In this document: positions 36,523 to 44,799 of the stretch, piece by piece
How the letters are laid out: each line of letters begins with the position of its first letter
Numbering within the stretch: the first letter of the stretch is position 1
Source of the DNA: a virus
Lineage: Duplodnaviria; Caudoviricetes
Reading direction: 5' to 3' (one strand)
IMG/VR virus record: IMGVR_UViG_3300020036_001974
Span: 9,506 to 73,505 of that record
DNA length: 64,000 nucleotides
Notes under the pieces: model-generated
What the model was told of the DNA's origin: nothing
What the model saw: the letters and a program-made list of their open reading frames with translations, nothing else
Databases searched by the model: none
Made by a program: the position numbers and the translations under genes

Positions 36523-36861
36523 TCATTTCTTCTTGGATTCTTTATAACAGTTATAGATCTGACCTACTATCCACCCGGTAAGGTAAGCCTCCGGCTCATC
36601 GTTACTAAGGTCGTGCTTAATCCCTGAGTGACTGTATACCATATTTTTGATATGGATTGCTTCATGGGCGATAGTGTCTATCTCCAGACCCCGGGTGTCG
36701 AACACTACTGCAATAATACTACCGTTGGCAGCAATATTTTGCCCTATGAGGTGTGGCTGCCATAACCCCACAAAGCCGCGCTGCTCAAATCCTGCGCTCA
36801 CGCCACACTCGCCAACCCTTCGCAAAATACAGCCGTTGCCGACACACATTACCGTTTTCAA
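36523..36861 (-). CDS. HExxH metallopeptidase-like protein
   Basis: IAHEAIH...EPEAY. Confidence 0.6.
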   Translation of the reverse strand: MKTVMCVGNGCILRRVGECGVSAGFEQRGFVGLWQPHLIGQNIAANGSIIAVVFDTRGLEIDTIAHEAIHIKNMVYSHSGIKHDLSNDEPEAYLTGWIVGQIYNCYKESKKK

Positions 36862-37360
36862 TAGTCACTACCAACACATCTCTATTGTTGCTGGGAACAA
36901 ACTTTTTTACATCAGTCCAGTTTTCCATAAGGTATGTATTCAAATGATTTAACTTTTGGTTGTTTATCAAGTTGAGCAAGCCAAGTTCCAATTTTACCTC
37001 GGCTGTCTTTTACGGGTTTCATCCATTTTTCTCCATCCCAATACATAACTTTGGTTCCCCCATTTAATTTATAATATCCTTCTTCCATCGCGCTAAAAAT
37101 TATTTATTAAAACCTTTATTTTATCATTCTAATTAAGTTCGTGCGTCAACTCGGCCACTGTTCATAGCAATGTCCATTATAGAAGTGATCGTTTGCACAC
37201 GCAGACATTCCATCATCCCATGTAATGTTTATACCCGGGTTGGAGACATTTGTTTGAGTAACCTCTTTATGAGGGTCTTTACTAATAATAACCCACATAT
37301 CGATGGATACGGAGAAATAGGAATCTTAGTTAAGCTCATGGCGTCTGGCTTTATCCATTT

Positions 37361-37612
37361 CTAAAAATCAACAAATTTGAAGTCTTTTTGAATATCTTCC
37401 ATTGAAGCGTACACTCTGTATCCCGAAGGGTCTTTACCTTCTTTAAAGATATTGGTAACTGTCTTATACAACATAATTCTCAGGTCCTTCTCTCCATTTG
37501 GCATGTTACCGGTCATTGGGGTAATGTCAATAGAGTTGAGTTCACCGGGAACATACTCCTCACAAGGAGGTCCGGTGTAAGTGACTTTTTGGTTAAAATA
37601 TGCTTTTCTCAT
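37361..37612 (-). CDS. Hypothetical protein
   Basis: 83 aa, ATGA-coupled. Confidence 0.5.
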   Translation of the reverse strand: MRKAYFNQKVTYTGPPCEEYVPGELNSIDITPMTGNMPNGEKDLRIMLYKTVTNIFKEGKDPSGYRVYASMEDIQKDFKFVDF

Positions 37613-37908
37613 TTTTTAGTGCTTTTACCGTTGCTTCCGTTTCTACTTCTGTTTGTTTTAGAGCTTTCTGATACAAGTTTACCAGATTTAGTATGAGATC
37701 TGTCCTTACCCATACTTTTCATTTTACCATACGTACCAGCATCTCTGTTAGCTTTGTTCAACTTAGCACGGTACTTCTTACGCTCGGGGGTAGCGTGGTA
37801 CTTAGTATCATAAGCCGCCTTCTTCTTTTTAGCTTCCGGGTGGCTGTCATAATACTTTTGTGTTTTACTCTTTGCCATTGTTTTTATAATGTTTAGTAAC
37901 ATAATCAT
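37609..37908 (-). CDS. Basic HNH-like protein (likely start MAKSK)
   Basis: GKDRSH...E...NRSRNG degenerate HNH pattern. Confidence 0.5.
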   Translation of the reverse strand: MIMLLNIIKTMAKSKTQKYYDSHPEAKKKKAAYDTKYHATPERKKYRAKLNKANRDAGTYGKMKSMGKDRSHTKSGKLVSESSKTNRSRNGSNGKSTKK

Positions 37909-38016
37909 ATACTCGTCTTACCTCATAATTTGGATTTTCAAAATCATCCATTGCAAGCTCATCGTAAAAGAACTTACGTAAGAACTGCCAAAGTCTTTCT
38001 TCCTTACTCTTTGCCA

Positions 38017-38217
38017 TTAGTTTAAATTGTTTAAAATGTTAGTAGAATCTTCTCCATTTGCCATATCGTTAAATGCATTAGAAGCAGCATTAATAGCAGG
38101 AGAATCACCATTGTGATTGCAATACATAGCAGTATACTCTTCCTTGTCGATAAGAAGAAGATAATCTTTAGATAAGAGAAGTGCCCAGAGCGCACGTAGT
38201 TTAAGTTTGAATTTCAT
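38017..38217 (-). CDS. Hypothetical protein
   Basis: 66 aa ORF in the operon. Confidence 0.45.
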   Translation of the reverse strand: MKFKLKLRALWALLLSKDYLLLIDKEEYTAMYCNHNGDSPAINAASNAFNDMANGEDSTNILNNLN

Positions 38218-38337
38218 CTTAATATTGATTTAACAGCCTCATATAATGATTTACACTTATCCTCAGAAATACCAGCCAAGGTTTTCTCCCAAGCCTCTTT
38301 CTGTAATTTTCTAACCTTTGATTGTTTCATAGTTTAA

Positions 38338-39024
38338 TTATTTATGTAAAATTGTTATGTTTCCTTTTTGAATATCCTTGAAAGTACAACTTTTATTTGT
38401 CAGATGGTCGATGACCTCGTTGGCCTTTTGATTGTATGTCCTCCTCTTGTTTCCTCTGAAAGTATCACCAATCTGGTCTTTTCTGATCTTAGAATAGGTA
38501 TCGTCATAATTACTCTTGTGTTGTTCTTTAATCCTCTGTTTCATGATCTTATATGCCTGCTCTATGTTGGCCTCCTTTGATCTACCCTCAACCTTAACAG
38601 TAACATGTGCCTTTATGTGGGTCATCATGACTGAGCATTGTTTTCTGTTACGATGCTGACCACCGGCTCCTGTGCCACTGAAAAATCTGATAGTAACATC
38701 TTCAGACTTAACATCCACTTGTATATCCTGTAAAGGATCAAGTACAGCTACGCTTACTGTGGAGGTTTGAGTTCGTCCTCTCTTTTCAGTAGGAGGAACC
38801 CTTTGCCATCTATGGCCGCCTATTTCATTAGCAAAGATTTTCTTGACGTCCATCCCTTGTATTCATAACTTAACAAAACCCGGACGGTTCTCCATTGATT
38901 CTATAGTAATGTTATTCTTGTAACAGAATCTTGAGTAGACATCTGCCATGTCCTGACACAGGAGTTTTGCATCTTGTCCTCCCTCCATGTCTCTAATTTC
39001 GATAATAATTGTTTCTTGCTTCAT
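38338..39024 (-). CDS. RF1-like peptide chain release factor homolog (no domain 1) with in-frame UGA at 38863-38865
   Basis: IIEIRDMEGGQDAKL N-part; GGHRWQRVPPTE (PxT), GAGGQHRN (GGQ), RRTYN...DH; ATGA-coupled start at 39024. Confidence 0.8.
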
Positions 39025-39311
39025 TTACGTTTCAGTTTAATCCTCTTTCTATCGTACCAATACTCTATATACGAATCATTAACGAAAATAGTTACAAAAA
39101 GTTCATCTTTTTTTGCCAAGATGAGGGCTGCGTCTATTCTACCGGTATCCTTGTCTACCCGAACCTGCTCCAGATGGGTCACTGGTAAGGTAATGTACCC
39201 ATATTCACGAACATAGAAGGATACACTATCGTTTTGAACTAATATCCTGCCAGATATATCATAGCTCCCGGAAGTGGTAACATACATGGTCCAGTATATG
39301 ATCCACTTCAT
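39021..39311 (-). CDS. Hypothetical protein
   Basis: 96 aa beta-rich ORF. Confidence 0.5.
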   Translation of the reverse strand: MKWIIYWTMYVTTSGSYDISGRILVQNDSVSFYVREYGYITLPVTHLEQVRVDKDTGRIDAALILAKKDELFVTIFVNDSYIEYWYDRKRIKLKRK

Positions 39312-39541
39312 AGAGTTTTTAGATAGTCGTTAAATGATAGTATTTTACTATACCCATCTTTTTTAGTGGGTCTCCATTTAAGACAATTACCACTCATCTC
39401 AGGTCTATTAGTTATATTAATTATCTCCCCTTTCCATAACAACCATCTCCACTTTAAACTATTACCTTCATTAAAGATTTGAAGTATATTATTATTTATA
39501 AATCTCCATCTCCCTATATACTCACTGTTGGACATAATCAA
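39308..39541 (-). CDS. FxxYL-tagged small protein (FNDYLKTL)
   Basis: C-terminal tag. Confidence 0.7.
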   Translation of the reverse strand: MIMSNSEYIGRWRFINNNILQIFNEGNSLKWRWLLWKGEIINITNRPEMSGNCLKWRPTKKDGYSKILSFNDYLKTL

Positions 39542-39758
39542 TCAGATTGAAACTTTTAATGTCTACGTCTTTATCCTCAACTTTCTTTTTAAGACGGGAG
39601 GTAGCGTCTGTCTTAGCCTGATAGAGGGCTGTCTGGAGAATGTGGGAAATATCCTTATCTTCTACGTCCCAGACACGATAGTCTGTCCAGAAAAATCCTT
39701 CAGACCCTCTGACGGTGTACTTGATGAGGTATCTATGGAATGTGCCAGTTTTTCCCAT
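39522..39758 (-). CDS. Hypothetical protein
   Basis: 78 aa ORF in the operon. Confidence 0.45.
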   Translation of the reverse strand: MGKTGTFHRYLIKYTVRGSEGFFWTDYRVWDVEDKDISHILQTALYQAKTDATSRLKKKVEDKDVDIKSFNLIDYVQQ

Positions 39759-39879
39759 GCTCCTATTGGATTTTTGATTTTTATTAACTTGTCATTTCCA
39801 GCGTAGTGATAGTGAATATAGAACTCACTTTCACATACTATTCCATTTTTGATCTCTGTGTCTGTCTCTATAACCTTAA

Positions 39880-40110
39880 TTACTGGCTTTTGACAGATCG
39901 GGCATTGCGTTTGCATCGTTTTATATAGTCTTTGAATTTATAATCAGGTTCCAGTTCCCAACACCACTGAGTCCATGATTCTGTAGCAGGATACTCATGG
40001 TAGTAATCAGGTTCAATATTCTTTTTATCATCTCCTGTAAGTTCTGCAACAAGATATTCATCAGGGTCTATACCCCATAATAACTTACGACCACAGGTCT
40101 TACATTTCAT
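39880..40110 (-). CDS. Zn-finger-like FxxYL-tagged protein (FKDYIKRCK)
   Basis: CKTCG...H...C, tag. Confidence 0.65.
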   Translation of the reverse strand: MKCKTCGRKLLWGIDPDEYLVAELTGDDKKNIEPDYYHEYPATESWTQWCWELEPDYKFKDYIKRCKRNARSVKSQ

Positions 40111-40838
40111 TTCTTAATAGGATAAGTACTATAAGAACCACAAGACTTACACTGGTACTGTTGAACCTGAATCCCCCCGGCTGTCAATCTCACCATCTTC
40201 TTAGCTAAAGAATTACTTCCACAATTCCGGCAAGCACAATCTGACTTAGGAGTTGAAAAAGGATGGTTTTCAATATAAGGTCTTATTTTAAGATAGACCT
40301 CCTCCAGACGAACAACGTCTATTTTATTATATTTAACCATTTCAGCTACTGCTAGTCTTTCTCCTCTCATAGCCCGGAGCCACATTCCTGTTGAGGTTTC
40401 AATCTTACCATGCCCTATTAGCTTTTTACCTAAAAAGTCAAGACGGTTGGAGGTAAAGGCAGCTATTTTCTTTATTTCCTTGAGGGTATCCAGTTGAACA
40501 ATCTTAGGCAGCGGTTTTAAACCGTGAAAGATCAACCTCGCATTTAATTTTTTAGTATCGAATTTTTTAGAATTATGCCCTATTAGAATATCTGCTTCTT
40601 CTAAAGCCTCTCTAAGGGCTTTACAAACCCCATAATCATCATCTGCCGACTTACGCTTAAAGTCATTGATTGAGGTAGATTTTACACTCTTAGCTCCTAG
40701 TTCCTTCCAAGCTGCTGAGATAATGAAGGTATCCTGAAGGATGTCAGTGTGGTTAATGTGGTCCTGATACAGGCTCCAAGTAGTAGCAATAATTGGAGAA
40801 GTTTCGATGTCGTATAGAACTATCTTAGGTTTTCTCAT
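40107..40838 (-). CDS. DEDD/RNase H-like 3'-5' exonuclease with C-terminal Zn ribbon
   Basis: YDIET, GHNSKKFD, YNKIDV; CRNC...CKSC. Confidence 0.85.
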   Translation of the reverse strand: MRKPKIVLYDIETSPIIATTWSLYQDHINHTDILQDTFIISAAWKELGAKSVKSTSINDFKRKSADDDYGVCKALREALEEADILIGHNSKKFDTKKLNARLIFHGLKPLPKIVQLDTLKEIKKIAAFTSNRLDFLGKKLIGHGKIETSTGMWLRAMRGERLAVAEMVKYNKIDVVRLEEVYLKIRPYIENHPFSTPKSDCACRNCGSNSLAKKMVRLTAGGIQVQQYQCKSCGSYSTYPIKK

Positions 40839-41041
40839 TTTAAAAGGTTTAAATATTTATTAAAAGAAACTTCTATAAATCTATCTTTATACCAAGGACC
40901 ACTCCATTCACCATTTACTTTAACCTCTATCAATTCCCTGTCACTGTTATCAAACGTGTATGTGGTTTCGGCAATCTCATACACTTTACAGGCTATAAGT
41001 AAAGAACCGGGAGTTGTTGATATACACTTAGCGTACTTCAT
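40835..41041 (-). CDS. FxxYL-tagged small protein (FNKYLNLL)
   Basis: C-terminal tag. Confidence 0.7.
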   Translation of the reverse strand: MKYAKCISTTPGSLLIACKVYEIAETTYTFDNSDRELIEVKVNGEWSGPWYKDRFIEVSFNKYLNLLK

Positions 41042-41453
41042 TCTTAATCCTGTCTATTTCCATTAAAAGATAATGAACTGACTTGTAGAGATCTTTAACA
41101 TCTCCGCTCTTTCCGTACCCTGAGGTAAGGTAGCGTTTGTTATACTTAAGGCTGTTGCCTACGTTAAAACCTTTCCCATGTTGGGAACTTCTCATAAGAT
41201 GGTACAGGTCCACCTCTGGTTCTCCTTCTTCGTACTTATCCTTGAAGGTTGATAATACGTGGGACACTACTTCACCAATAGAAGTAACAATAGCAGAATC
41301 GTAAAGATCAAGCTCCACGAGATCACTGGATACTTTATTATTAGCTTTATCAGCGTCATTGATTCTACTTTGTTCTGCTTTTTCTAAGATTTTGTAAATT
41401 GACTGTTCTTCCATGTTATTCTTGTTGCGTTTCTTGATGTATACGATCAACAA
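41028..41453 (-). CDS. DUF3310-like protein
   Basis: GFNVGNSLKY..RY...K....DLYKSVHYL. Confidence 0.6.
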   Translation of the reverse strand: MLIVYIKKRNKNNMEEQSIYKILEKAEQSRINDADKANNKVSSDLVELDLYDSAIVTSIGEVVSHVLSTFKDKYEEGEPEVDLYHLMRSSQHGKGFNVGNSLKYNKRYLTSGYGKSGDVKDLYKSVHYLLMEIDRIKNEVR

Positions 41454-42021
41454 GGCTTAAAGGTTTCACTTCTTGTGAAGTTTCTTCAATAAATACTTCA
41501 TCTTTTATATCAGCTATCTTTGCAAGCTTCTTTTTAGCTTCAACAAGATCCGGGATTGTCATGAGTAGTGCATTTCGCTTTTTCAGCTCATCTGTCTCCA
41601 CAGGAACATCCTTTCCATCCACATTGGTAGTGGAGGACATTATAGTCTTTTTGATTAATTCTATTTGTTTGTTGATTATCTCCAGCATATCCCGATCCTC
41701 ATCGTGCTGGATCTCTAGGTACTTAGCAAGGGCTGCTTCTATCTTTGGGTTCTTACCTTCTACTATCTCCCGGGCACGGAGATCAAGTGTCTCATGGTTT
41801 CTATTCTGAATCTTACCACCTGCTGACAGAATGGCTAATTCTTTTCTTTTAGTAATAGGGTGTTGTTTTAAAGGAGACTTGTAATCAGCTACAAGCATTA
41901 CATACCTCATCCACTTGTCTCCAACCCTTGCATCTTCTTCTAATGCAGCAAATTCAGGTATAAGTCTTAATCCATTATGGGAATCAAATACCGACTTTCC
42001 CCGTTCTATCTGGTAAAGCAT
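41416..42021 (-). CDS. Helical hypothetical protein
   Basis: 201 aa charged helical ORF. Confidence 0.6.
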   Translation of the reverse strand: MLYQIERGKSVFDSHNGLRLIPEFAALEEDARVGDKWMRYVMLVADYKSPLKQHPITKRKELAILSAGGKIQNRNHETLDLRAREIVEGKNPKIEAALAKYLEIQHDEDRDMLEIINKQIELIKKTIMSSTTNVDGKDVPVETDELKKRNALLMTIPDLVEAKKKLAKIADIKDEVFIEETSQEVKPLSLVDRIHQETQQE

Positions 42022-42163
42022 CTAAATAGTTATTAAAATTAATAGGATAATGAAAAGCAGGATAGTGTATATCTTTACAATAAGGGTTTGAATCTTTATC
42101 AAGATACAAACCTATTACTTTAGTTTTAACCAGTTCTACCTTGCAATATTTACATTTATACAT
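41984..42163 (-). CDS. Zn-finger-like FxxYL-tagged protein, 59 aa, not in ORF track (FNNYLDAL)
   Basis: Hand translation MYKCKYCK...PYCKDIHYPAFHYPINFNNYLDALPDRTGKVGI*. Confidence 0.65.
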   Translation of the reverse strand: MYKCKYCKVELVKTKVIGLYLDKDSNPYCKDIHYPAFHYPINFNNYLDALPDRTGKVGI

Positions 42164-42523
42164 TAATTCTTGGTAAGGACATGGGTGATGGTTTCTTGCT
42201 CAATCCCGCCACAACCCACCTATTCACCATTCCTTGTATTCGTTAATTCCTGTATTATAATTGCTTTAGTAGGAGAATGAGAAAGTAAATTAATCCGTGA
42301 AAAATGGTTATAGCTATCGCTACCATTTATCACTTCCTCATTCTTCGATTTCTTGCTTTGAGCTATCGAAAGAGTTTCCCTTGGAATTAATACACTCAAG
42401 GTATTGGAGTCAACTTTACTGCTGTGTATTCAGCACACTAGTCTTACGGTTCTCTCCTTTGTACCACCGCTGCGCTTGCTAGTTCCCCTGATAGCGCAAT
42501 AAAATACACTCGTCATCCGTCTT

Positions 42524-42940
42524 TTAATCCCGCCCAAGTGTAAGTCTCTTAATAGAACCCCTCGGCTCTATCAACATCCCCTCTATCTCCTTTTTTAAAT
42601 CACTTTTAGACATTAAGTTCACTTTTTCATTAGTGATCCTCAATAATCTCATTCTTCTAGTTTTTGTAAGATAAGACTCTCTTATTCTATCTTTTTTTAT
42701 TTGATTCTCATCTTCGTGGTATTTTCCATCAATTTCAATACACAGGAAGTAAGGCTTCGGTAAATAAAAATCAACAATCGAGAACCTATCTGTCAAAAAC
42801 GCTTTTTGAAATACAAACCTATATTTTAAATCCTCCAATAATCCAAATATAATATCTTCGGATTCTGTGCTATTTTCAATAAGATAGTTCTTCTTTCTAA
42901 TCAAAGAACCACCGTGTAGTTTGATATAACTTTCTTTCAT
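42524..42940 (-). CDS. DUF559/Vsr-like endonuclease
   Basis: TESE...FQ...IVDFY...IEIDGKYH...D..R...L...LRITN. Confidence 0.85.
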   Translation of the reverse strand: MKESYIKLHGGSLIRKKNYLIENSTESEDIIFGLLEDLKYRFVFQKAFLTDRFSIVDFYLPKPYFLCIEIDGKYHEDENQIKKDRIRESYLTKTRRMRLLRITNEKVNLMSKSDLKKEIEGMLIEPRGSIKRLTLGRD

Positions 42941-43126
42941 TTATGATCTAAAAACCATTCTCTGGTAAAGTTACGAGGCCCCCAGAGGTCCAGTTCTTTA
43001 ATTCTATCTTTTCCTAGAATCCTATTAAGCTCAACAAAAGTCATGCCAACTTTATAATTAGGACGAAATGTCTTAATTACGTAGCTTACTTCATAAGAAT
43101 TTAAAGGTTCCATTTTACTTATTTAG

Positions 43127-43196
43127 TAGCGGACCCCGGAATCGAACCGGCCCTTGAGGGATATGAACCCTTAATGCACCATTACACCTTTCCGCG
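43127..43196 (-). tRNA. tRNA-Met(CAT), initiator-like, with several mismatches
   Basis: CGCGG 5' end, GGG/CCC anticodon stem, loop TTCATAT, T loop TTCGATT; followed by CTA, not CCA. Confidence 0.7.
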
Positions 43197-43202
43197 ATAT
43201 AG

Positions 43203-43274
43203 AGCGTTCGGAGGGATTCTAACCCCCTTCTTCCATATTACAAGTATGGGCTTCAACAGCAAAGCTTCAAACGC
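43203..43274 (-). tRNA. tRNA-Thr(TGT), atypical D and T loops
   Basis: GCGTTTG/CGAACGC acceptor, CCATA-CTTGTAA-TATGG anticodon arm, T loop TTAGAAT; followed by CTA. Confidence 0.7.
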
Positions 43275-43372
43275 TTAAAAGTAAGTGGGTACGTCATACC
43301 ACTTATCCAGAATACGACCGGGTACGCACTCGCCTTTCGGAGAGACAGCCGGTTTCTGTTATAATATCTACC

Positions 43373-43387
43373 ACAAAAACCGTGCCA
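43373..43387 (-). promoter_or_regulatory. Sigma54-type promoter upstream of the tRNAs
   Basis: TGGCAC-GGTTT-TTGT on - strand. Confidence 0.65.
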
Positions 43388-43658
43388 GACTCAAAATACT
43401 TTAAAATAATCAGAAATTTGGCAACTTTTTAAGTGGTTCTTACGTTATAACGTAGAAAGGCACCAAAAGGTTTCAAAATGGCATTAAAATCTATAAAAAT
43501 AGAACATCTGGAGAGAAGTTTGTTAAAATCAGATGAATCTTGGAAGGATCATTCTAAGTCCAGAAAGGGTTTAAAGAAGATGAGGAACCGGAAACTACGT
43601 AGGACTCCTGTTACTGAAAAACCTGCCACAAAGAGGTATACTGACTATGAATTTTAAC

Positions 43659-43674
43659 TGGCATGGTTTTTGCT
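43659..43674 (+). promoter_or_regulatory. Sigma54-type promoter
   Basis: TGGCAT-GGTTT-TTGCT before the sigma-like gene. Confidence 0.7.
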
Positions 43675-44190
43675 GTAGGTATGAATATGAACGCTATTAT
43701 GTATAAAAAGGCCCAGTCCTACGCATATAAGTGTCGTCCTGATGAATATAAAGATTTAGTTCACGATGCTTGGGTAGTTTGGTGGGATAAAAAAGGAGAA
43801 GACCTGTTTGATCAGGATGAGAGACTTGTAATGAGAGTACTTAAGTATATTGTGCTTAGTAGATCTCAGAAAGATTATTTTGTTCAGAATGGAGAAAAGC
43901 GTCATAAGTTATTCATAAACGTTGAAAAACTAACCTGTACATCTTATGATAGTGAATTTAATACAAAAGCACTTAAGGCTTTACAAAACTCACCGCTTAT
44001 TACCGAAACAACACCTGAAAGGATTCTCATTGACAAGGATGAGATGGAGGTAGTACGCAAGAGGCTTACCGAAAAGCAGAAGACTGTATTTGATTTATTA
44101 ACAGAAGGATTGTCCAGAAAGCAAATAGATATGAGCCAACAGCTTTGTAGCTATTATATTTCCCAGATAAGAAAGAAAAGATTTAACTAA
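43663..44190 (+). CDS. ECF/sigma70-family sigma-factor-like protein (true start probably 43687 or 43699)
   Basis: Region 2-like YKDLVHDAWVVWW; region 4-like TPERIL...LTEKQKTVFDLLTEGLSRKQI. Confidence 0.65.
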   Translation: MVFAVGMNMNAIMYKKAQSYAYKCRPDEYKDLVHDAWVVWWDKKGEDLFDQDERLVMRVLKYIVLSRSQKDYFVQNGEKRHKLFINVEKLTCTSYDSEFNTKALKALQNSPLITETTPERILIDKDEMEVVRKRLTEKQKTVFDLLTEGLSRKQIDMSQQLCSYYISQIRKKRFN

Positions 44191-44369
44191 TGACAGACGA
44201 AGAATTGAGATTAGAGATTTTAAAGCAAATAGTGTTTCTTCACAAAGGAGAGGGAATAGATAAACAACGCTTTCTTGACGACCTTAAAGGAAGCTACGAG
44301 TTTATGAAAAACACGTTAAAAGAACCAGTTGAAAAGAATTCAAAACCAAACGAATATCCATACAAATGA
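44190..44369 (+). CDS. Hypothetical protein, 59 aa, not in ORF track
   Basis: MTDEELRLEILKQ...SYEFMK; resembles 13212-13421. Confidence 0.5.
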   Translation: MTDEELRLEILKQIVFLHKGEGIDKQRFLDDLKGSYEFMKNTLKEPVEKNSKPNEYPYK

Positions 44370-44484
44370 AACCAAAACCAAAAGCATCAGCATCAGTAGG
44401 AGTTAAAGCAACTCTTAGACCAGTACCTCCTAAGAATAAAAAGACCCATTTCGGTGCTAATTCATCTAAAGGAACAACAAGAAA

Positions 44485-44799
44485 ATGAACAACTTTAATG
44501 ATTACATAGCTGAGATTAGAGCCTCTGAGAGACTCAAGAAAACTCTTGAATTGTTTAAGAAAGGTAATTTAACAATTGAAGAAGCTATTGAATTCATAGC
44601 CTCAGACGTCCAGTTCCATAAAAAAGAAATTCAAGAGAGTTCTTTTTCAGGATATTCTTATATACCAACATGGATTGGTGGAACAGGATCTGGAATTACA
44701 TATACATCAGACCCCCTAACAGGTAATCCATATTTAGTAAGCGGAACAACAACTACAACAAGTGTCAGCCTATCAGGACCCGATAATAGTACCACATAA
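44485..44799 (+). CDS. Hypothetical protein
   Basis: 104 aa ORF upstream of the terminase. Confidence 0.45.
   Translation: MNNFNDYIAEIRASERLKKTLELFKKGNLTIEEAIEFIASDVQFHKKEIQESSFSGYSYIPTWIGGTGSGITYTSDPLTGNPYLVSGTTTTTSVSLSGPDNSTT

Noticed and set aside
36858-37030. Other small ORFs near tagged genes with F-x-Y-like ends (SFEYIPY) or none
   Set aside because: They do not match F-x-x-Y-[LIMV] spacing, so they are excluded from the tag count.
12872-42163. Tag DNA as a CRISPR array, integron attC or DGR repeat
   Set aside because: The repeats are not identical at DNA level, are not palindromic and have no regular spacer period; no integrase, cas1 or reverse transcriptase is in the window.
42164-43120. 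Group I intron carrying the DUF559/Vsr-like nuclease
   Set aside because: The nuclease is ATGA-coupled to an intact 58 aa upstream ORF; no split exons or P7 core were recognised.
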